NCBI GenBank assembly: GCA_964019335.1
Contig: OZ025758.1
Location: 145,183 to 209,182, forward strand
DNA from: Diplonema japonicum
Lineage: Eukaryota; Protista; Euglenozoa: Diplonemea
Reading direction: 5' to 3'
DNA length: 64,000 nucleotides
In this document: positions 1 to 9,000 of the stretch, in pieces
Layout: each line of letters starts with the position of its first letter
How positions within the stretch are numbered: position 1 is the first letter of the stretch
Made by a program: the position numbers and the translations under genes
The notes under the pieces: model-generated
Database searches by the model: none
The model's input: the letters and a program-made list of their open reading frames with translations, nothing else
Told to the model about the DNA's origin: nothing

Positions 1-3000
1 GCACCACGCACTCGTCCAGCTGGCACCACGCCACCTGCGCCGTCGCGCTCCCGTTCGTCGGAGGCTTGCACTTGCACATCCAGTCCCCGAGCTTCGCCGG
101 GTTCGGGTCCAAGCAGGTCTGGTCCGCGTTCTCGCAGGTCGACTTGTGCAGCTTGCACTCGTCGACGTCGCAGCTCGGCACCGCCGCCGTCAGCATGCTC
201 TGCGTCGACGGAGGCGGGCACGTGCAGGTCCAGTCGCTCAGCGTCGTCGTGTCCGGGTCGTGGCAGGTCTGTCCCTTGTCGCTGCAGGTCGTCTTCGCGC
301 AGGTCGGGCAGGTCTGCACCACGCACTCGTCGAGCTGGCAGACCGCCGCGTTGGCCACCGCCATCCCCTTGTACGGGTCCCTGCAGGTGCAGGTCCAGTC
401 GTTCAGGCTCGTCGTCGTCGGGTTCGGGTCGTTGCAGTCCTGGTTCGCGTCGCTGCAGGTCGTCCTCGCGCACGTCGGGCAGGTCTGCACCACGCACTCG
501 TCGAGCTCGCACTGCGCGGCGAACTTTCCGGGGCTTCCGCCCCCGACCCGCACCGCCGGCGGCACGCAGTCGCAGTGCCAGTCGTCCTTGCACGGTGCGG
601 GGTTCGGGTCCACGCACTTCTGGTTCTTCGCCCCGCAGGTCAGGGCCCCCACGTTCCCGGGGGCGCACTGGTCGTGCTGGCACGCCCCGCTGGCCGCGTC
701 CCACTGGCACTTCGGGTCCGATCGGCACATCTGCTCGTCGTACACGGGGTCCCCCGTGTTGAACTCGCAGTCGCACTTCGGGTCCGGCGCGTTCGTGCAG
801 ATGCTCCCGTTCACCCAGGTGCACTTGTTGTTGGGGTCCGCTCGGCAAGCCGAGTCGCTGCAGTGCATCAGGCACGGGCTGTTCAGGCACACCGCCCCGA
901 CGTCCGACCACGAGCAGCCGGGGTCCTTCTTGCAGGTCCCCTGCGTCTTGTAGTCCGGGCACGGGAGGTGGTATCCGCTCGAGGGCTGCGGAGGGTTCTT
1001 CACGATGAGGTGTCCCCACGGGCCGTTCGGGTCGCAGATCCCCCTCATCAGGTCGGGGACCTCGTCGATCATCACGTTCTTGAAGTGGTCGTCGTGCGGG
1101 TCCGAGGTGATCGGCTTCAGCGTCGCCTCCGCGTCCCAGTCCGCCTTCGTGTGCTGCACCGCCTTCCGCACCACGATACCGAAGGTCTGCACCCCCTCGC
1201 GGTCCAGCTCCGCCCTCGCCCCCGACAGGGAGTTCGGGTCGTAGATCTTTCCGTCCGTGAAGATGAACAGGACCCTCTGTCTCCCGTCCACGGGGGACTC
1301 GTGGAAGATGTCGGCCGCCATGCTCAGACCCATCTCAATCATCGTTCCCTCTCCCATGTAGTTGTCCTCGTGCCAGTCGATGTCGTCCTCCAGCTCCGGG
1401 AGCACCCCGGACAGCCTCCCCGCCGTCCCCTTCCCCCACGGGGTCTTCCTCGCCTCGCTCCTCCTCCTGTTTCGTCCGGAGAACTGCACCATCCCGACCC
1501 TCACCCCGCCGTTCCCTTGCTTGCTGTTGATCCCCACCGTCGCCGGTTCCCCGTTCAACGGCAGCGTTCGGATCCAGTCCCGCATCATCTCCATCAGCGC
1601 ATCGAACCCGTGCGGGTGGTTCCCGAACCTCGCGGCCATCGACCCGCTCCCGTCCAGCACCAGCACGATGTCCAGGGTCGGGCACTCCCCGAACTGGATC
1701 GTCACGCACCCGCCCGCTCCCGTCGTCCCCGCTCCGGGCTTCCAGTAGCACTTCGAGTGCTGGTTGCAGGGGCACATGTTCGGGAACTTGCTGCAGTCGA
1801 GGTCCGTGCAGTGCGCGGGGTTCGCCGTCGCGTCCCACATGCAGTCGCTCTGGGTGTCGCACTTCTTCTGCGTCTTGATCGCCGGACACTTCTTCACCGC
1901 GCAGAGCGCGGGGCTCGCCGCCGGGTCCCACTTGCACAGCGGGTCCTTGTCGCAGCAGCGCTCCGTTCGGAACTGCGCGCACTGCCTGTCCTTGCACGAG
2001 GACAGCGCGGGGTCCCACACGCAGTGCACGTCCGCCGTGCAGGTCGAGCGCGACCCGATCGTGTCGCACCCCTTCTGCATGCACTGCAGGTTCGTCGTGC
2101 TCCCGCACAGCGGGTAGTCCCACTTGCAGTTCGGGTCCGCCAAGCAGGTCGACTGGAACGCCGACGAGCAAGGACTCACGACGCAGATGCTGTTCCCGCC
2201 GCCGTTCGGGTTCGGGACCCACGAGCACCCGTTCTGGTCGGCGTTGCAGTCCGCTTGGTTCTTGTTCGGCGTGCACGGCGGCGACACACACTTCCCCGTC
2301 TTGTCCCAGGTGCACAGGTCCGGCGAGCTCAGGCACGACGTCCTGTCCGTGTACGCGCACTTCGTGTCCTTCCAGCACTCCTGCCCGTTCCAGGTGCACA
2401 GGTTCGTGAGGTCCTTCACGCACGAGGTCTTGTCGCAGTGCGCCATGCACGGCGAGTCCTTGCACTCGAACCCTGCGGGGTGCCACTCGCACCCGGGGTC
2501 CACCGAGCAGGTGTGCGGGTCGTTGTAGTTCCTGCAGGGCTGGTGCTTCCCGCCCTGGGTCTGCGTCCCGCCGCCGCCGCCGGTCTTCTTCGCCAGTGCC
2601 GCCACCAGGTGTCCCCACTTCCCGTTCGGGTCGCAGATGTCGCCCAGCACGGACCCCGGGACCTCGTCCAGCATGAGGTTCTGGAAGTGGTCGTCGTGCG
2701 GGTCCGAGGTGATCGGCTTCAGCGTCGCCTCCGCGTCCCAGTCCGCCTTCGTGTGCTGCTGCTGCTTCCTCAGCACGATACCGAAGGTCTGCACGTCCTC
2801 CTGGTCCAGCACCCGCCTCGCCGGGGCCAGCTTGTTCGGGTCGTAGATCTTCCCGTCCGTGAAGATGATGAGGACCCTGGGACGGACGGCGTGCTGGTGC
2901 GAGGCGTCGAACATGTCCCCGACCATCACCAGACCCTTCTCAATCATGGTCCCCTCTCCCATGTAGTTTCTCTCGTGCCAGTCCAGGTCCCTGTTGATCT

Positions 3001-6000
3001 CCCTCAGGTCTCCCGAGAGGTGGCCCCCGGTTCCGACCCCGCCGGGGGTCTGGATCGCCTCGCTTCTTCCCCTGCGCCTCCTCCAGGGGTTCTGTCCGGA
3101 GAACTGCACGAAGCCGAGTCGGAGCCCCCCCGATGCGGGACCGGGTCCCGTGTTCGTCCCCGCCGGCTCCCCGGTCAGGGGAAGCGTTCGCACCCAGTCC
3201 CTCAGGATCTCGATCAACCCGTAGAAGCCGTGCGGGTGGTTCCCGAACCAGGCGTCCATCGACCCGGACCCGTCCAGCAGCATCACCACGTCCATCGTGG
3301 GGCACCCCCCGAACTTCTGGTCCGTGCACTTGTTGTGCTGCGCGTCCCAGTAGCAGTCCGGGTGCGCCCTGCACGGGCACTTTGCCAGCTTGCTGCAGTC
3401 CTCCTCCACGCACAGCAGCTTTCCTGAGTCCCACATGCACTTGCTGTCCGCGTCGCACTGCGTCTTCGTCCCCTGCGACGGGTAGGTCCTCGGGCAGTAC
3501 TTCTCCGTGCACACGGGCGGGAAGGTCGTCACAGACCAGTGGCACGCGTCGTTGTGGTCGCAGCACTTTTCCGTCGGGTACTTCGCGCACAGCCCCAGCT
3601 CGCATGTCAAAGAGCTCGTCCACACGCACCACGAGTCCGCCACGCACCCGGCCTGCGTCTGGTGTCCCGGCTGCGAGCAGCGCTTCGGCACGCACTTCTG
3701 GTCCGACGGGTCCGCGCACACCTCGTCCCACTCGCAGTTCGCGTCCGCCGCGCACGGCGCCTTCGACGGGTAGAAGCACGGCGTCTTCACGCACATCGCC
3801 GTCGGTCGGATCGACGCGTCCCACGTGCACTGCGGGCCCAGGTTGTTGCAGGTCATCCTGTCCGTCGCCTGGCACGGCCCGTCGTAGCACGGCGGGTTCT
3901 TCGACGGGTCCCACGTGCAGCCGCTGTTCCTGCAGTCCGGCGCGTTCGTGTTGTCCGTGCACGCGCTCTTCTCGCACTGCAGGGTCCCGCTGTTGAACTT
4001 GCACTTGTTTGTCGTGTCCGCCACGCAGTCCGTCTCGCTGCAGTGTCGGAAGCACGGGTGGTCCGTGCACGCCGCTGCCAGCCCGCTCCACTCGCAGGTT
4101 TTCCTTGCCTCGCAGTCTGCCGTTCTTTGGATCGTGTTGCAAGCAGGGGAGTGTACCGCCGAGCCGCTACCGCCACCGCCACCTCCGTTGGTTGAGGACC
4201 CGCTCGTGATGAGAGCCCCGAACACACTGTTCGGGTTGCAGAAGTCGTCCAGCACCTGGTGCGCCTCGTCGATCTGCATCATCAGGGCGTGGCTGTCCTC
4301 GGGGGGGGTCACGATCTCCTTCAGAATCTCCAAATTCTGCTGGTCCTTGTTGGTGGGGTTCCCCCTCGACAGCACGATCCCGAAGGTCTGCACCCCCTCG
4401 GCCCGGAGGACCGCTCCTGCAGGGCCCAGAGACCCCTTGTCCTGGATGCGGCCGTCCGTGAAGATCAACAGGATCTTCTTCCTGTAGGAGGGAGACTCCT
4501 TGAAGACCTCCCCCGCAAACTCTTCGGCCTCCTTCACCAGGGTCTGCGACCTGCGGCCCACGCTCTCGTGCCAGTCGATGTCCGCGTGGAGCTGTCCCCT
4601 GTCTCCCGTGAGCTTCCCGCAGTTGTCGGCGGGGCGGTTCATCCCCTGGCGGTTCATCACGCTGTTCGTGGGGATCCCGTCCCCGGTCGTCCCGGGGGCC
4701 GGGACGCACGCGCACGACGGGCACTCCGCGAGACGCACCCCCTTGTCCCACTGGTTGAAGGCGACACGCACCTTTCCGTTCCTGTCCGTGGAGGGGACCC
4801 CGGCTCTCTCGCCCGTCAGGGGCAGCGCCGTCACCCAGTCCCTCAGGGCCTCCATCAACCCGTCGAACCCGTTCGGGTGCGTTCCGAATCGCTTCTTCAT
4901 CGACGACGATCCGTCGAAGGCCACCACCACGTCCAGGTCCGGGCACTGCGTGAAGGTCTGGTCCCTGCACACGGGGTTGCTCGGGTTCGACCTGTCAACC
5001 ACGCACCTCGGGTCCGCCTGGCAGTCACACATCCTGTTCGGCCCCATCGCAGGGTTGTTGTAGGTGTCGCAGAGCTTGTTGACGCACTTGTTGTTCGCCG
5101 TGTCCCAGGTGCACTGGCCCTTCGGGTCCGCGTTGCAGCTTCCGGAATCCTTGAAGGTCTTGAAGCAGTACTTCTCCTTGCACCCGGCGCACCCTGTCGG
5201 GTCCCAGTGGCAGTCCGTGTCCCGGTCGCACGTCGGCTCCGTCGCGTGCTTGTAGCACTTCGACTCCGCACAGCTCGACCCGCTCCACACGCACGCCTCG
5301 TCCGAGATGCACGCGTTCTCCGTGAAGGCTGTTGTGCAGCGCGTCTTCTGGCAGGCTCCGCTCCCCGCGTCCCACGAGCAGCCTGCGGGGCTCCCCTGGC
5401 ACGCTCCCTGCGAGGTCTCGCCGCACACCTTCTTCACGCACTTGTCGGCGTCGCAGTCCCAGTCGCACGACCCGCTCACGTGGTTCAGGCAGTCCAGCTT
5501 GTCGTAGATCGTCCCGCAGTCCGGGGTCTTGTCCTTGCAGGTCTGCGACGCAGGGTCCCACTGGCAGCTCTTGTCCGCGTTGCACGTCCCCTGGCTGAAG
5601 TGCAAGCACGTCTTCGGCACGCACGTCGCCGGCACCTTAGACGTGTCCCACATGCACATCGAGTCCGGGTCGCTCTCGCACCTGTTCTTGTCCGGGTACT
5701 GGCACACCTTCCTCTGGCACCGGTCCACGTCCCAGAAACAGTCGTTCGCGGTGTCCTGCTCGCAGGGTCCCTGGGAGCAGTGCTCCTCGCACTTCGTCGC
5801 CCCGCAGTAGCCGCTCCCCACCGGGTTGTTCGTCCCGAAGGAGCAGCTCACCGCACCCCCGGACAACAGGCAGTTCGAGCAGCTCATCCCGGCCGCCCTC
5901 TGCGCCGACGGGAGCTCCAAACAGTTCAGGTTCCTGCAACCGTTGTTCCCGGGGCAGGACGAAGGGGCGGGGGTCTTCCAGTCGCAAGCCTGGTCCGACC

Positions 6001-9000
6001 TGCACTCCAGCTTCACCCCCCACTTGGAGCACGGAACTGCTCCCGACTGCGCGGGAGGGTTCGTCGTTGTGCTCCCACCACCACCACCGTTGTTCTGGAT
6101 CTGAACCTGTTGAGCGATGGCAGCCCCGAACCTCCCAGCAGGGTTGCAGAAGTCGTTGAAAACCTCGTCAAGCATGTCGTCCAGCGGCACGTTCACGAAG
6201 TGGTCGTCGTGGTCGTCCGAGGTGATCGGCTTCAGGGTCTCCTCCGCCTCGATGTCGGCCTGGGTGTGCTGCCTTCCCTTTCGCACCACCACACCGAAGG
6301 TCACAACCCCTTCCGCGTCCAGCTTCCTTCGGATGGGCGGAATCTCGGTGCTCTTCTGCGGCTCCAAGGGGTTCATCTGCCCGTCCGTGATGATGACGAG
6401 GACGTGCGCGCGGTGCGAGGGAGACCCGTGGAAGATGTCGACCGCGTCCTCCAAAGCTGCCGCCATGTAGGTGAGGGAGCTCATGTGGTTCGTCTCGTGC
6501 CAGTCCAGGTCGTTCTCCAACTCGGACAGGTCGCCCGTGAGCTGGCCGTTGGAGCAGGTGCGGCCCCCCGAGAGGCGCGGCATCGGGCACTGCTTCCGGT
6601 ACTTTCGCCCGTCGCATCCGTCGGCCCCGTTCCTGCACACCCAGTACTCGTTCTCGATGGAGAACTGCACGAAGGCCAGACGGAAGGTTCCCCCCGTCAC
6701 CTTCGAGTTCACCCCGACCGTGTTGTCCTCCCCGGTCAGGGGAAGCGTTCGCATCCAGTCCCGCAGCATCTCCAGCATCCCGTAGTAGCCGTTCGGGTGC
6801 GACCCGAAGCGCGCGTTCATCGACCCGCTCCCGTCCAGCACGAACGCGACGTCGAGGTCTGGGCAGCTCGAGGTCTGCACGTCCTTGCACTTCGGTGCGG
6901 GCGGCGTCACAGACGGGTCCCAGTAGCACTTCTTGTCGGCCGCGCAGTCGCAGTTGTTCGTGTGGTCGGAGCAGCGCGCCGGGTAGCAGTACGGTCCCTT
7001 GTTGTCGCTCCCCGGTCGGCACTCCGGGTCGCTCGTGCAGGCCCCCTGGTCGATCGTCCCCATCGTCGTCGGGTTCGGTCCCAGCCCGGGGTACTTCGTG
7101 TTGTGCTTCGTGGTGCACACGGTCGGTTGGCACGAGGCCGGCGTCGTCCCGGAGCTCCAGTGGCACCTCGGGTCGTGGTCGCACTTCACCTCGTCGTCCC
7201 CGTACTGCGGGCAGTAGTCGGGGACGCACTCGTTCTTCGTCGCGTCCCAGTGGCACAGCCCCGTCTGCCTCCCGCAGTCCGGCTGGTTCAGAGGCTGGCA
7301 GCGGTCCTGCGAGCAGACGCTGCTCGCGGCGTTCCACGAGCAGCTGTCGCAAGCCTTGCAGTCTGCCTGCGTCCTCGCCACCGTGCACTTCTTCTCCACG
7401 CACATCACCCCCGTCCACTCACAGTCGCTGCTCACCGCGCAGCTCCCTGGGGTCGGGTACGGGCACCGCGTGTCCCTGCACACCGAGTTCTCGCAGTCCC
7501 AGGCGCAGTTCGGGTCGCTCTTGCACGCCGCCGCGTCCGTCGTCGCCGTGCACGTCGCGACCGGCTTGCACACCGGCGGGTCCACCGCCGTGTCCCACTG
7601 GCAGTCTGCGTTCGGCGCCTTCAAACACTTCTCCCGCACGAAGATCGCTCCGCAGGGCTTCGGGTCGCACTTGGTCCCGTCCCACTTGCACAGGAGGTCC
7701 GGGTCGTTCACGCAGGCCTGCTGGTCCGTGTACTCGCACACCTTCCTCACGCACACGTTGTCCGGGGTCTTCCAGTTGCACGTGGGGTCTGCATCGCAGC
7801 AGCTCTTGTCGCAGCACTTCGCGCAGTGGGTCTCCGAGCAGGTCCCTCGGATCGCCGACTTCACCGACGACCCGCAGATGATGGTCGCGCGCTGGAGCTT
7901 GCACTTCTCACAGTCGTACATCCCCTTGTACTGCTGCGGGATCCCCTGGCAGTTCAGCTTCGGGCAGCCGGTCCCCGACGAGCAGCTCGACAGACGCGGG
8001 GTCTGCCACTCGCACACAGGGTCGGCGTTGCACTCGTCCTTGAAACCCCAGGTCGCGCACTGGAAGTGCGTCGCGGTCACCGGAGACACCAGCACCTTTC
8101 CGAACTTCGAGGTCGGGTCGCAGAAGGGTTCCAACACCTCCCCCGGGATCTCGTCCAGCATCAGGTTCATGAAGTGGTCGTCACGCGGCGTGCTCACCAG
8201 CGGCTTCAGCTTCGCCTCCGCGTTGTCGTCCTGGAAGGTGTGGTAGCTGAACCTCCTCATGATGATCCCGAAGACCACAACGTCCTCGTCCCGAAGCTTC
8301 TGCTGCGCGTCGTCCAGAATCCTCGGGTAGCTGGGCTTCCAGCGCGAGTCGCACCCCCTCGGGCACTGCCCGCAGGACGTCCCGGCGCTGCAGGCGTCGC
8401 CGTCGTAGTCCGTCAAACCCCCGTCCGCGATGATGATCACCACGTGCTTCCTGTGCGGCGGGCTCTGCGAGGGGAGGAAGGTGTGGTCCGCCACGTCCAT
8501 GAGGGCGTCGTGGATGTAGGTCCACTGCGACTGGTAGTTCGCCTCGTGCCAGTCGATGTCTCCCATCAGCTCGTTGATGTCTCCGGAAAGGAGACCGTCC
8601 GTGCACTGCCCGACCGCGCAGTTCGTGGGGTGGTCCTCGCTCGGCTTCGCCTCCGCCTTCGAGAACTGGATGAAGGTGAGACGGAAGCCGCCTCCCTTCG
8701 CGCTCGAGCTCGCCCCGACCGTGTGGTCCTCCCCGGTCAGGGGAAGCGTCCTCACCCAGTCCCTCAGGGTCTCCATCAGCCCGTAGAAGCCGTGCGGGTG
8801 GTTCCCGAAGGACCTCGACATCGACCCGGACCCGTCCAGCACGAAGGCCACGTCCAGATCCGGGCAGGTCGAGAAGGTCGTCTTCGAGCAGTGGCCGTTC
8901 GCCCCCGTCTTGTCCACCACCCACGTGCAGGCAGGGTCCTGCACGCAGTCGCACTTCTTCCCGCTGTGCTTGTCGCACCCGGTCAGCACGCACACGTCCG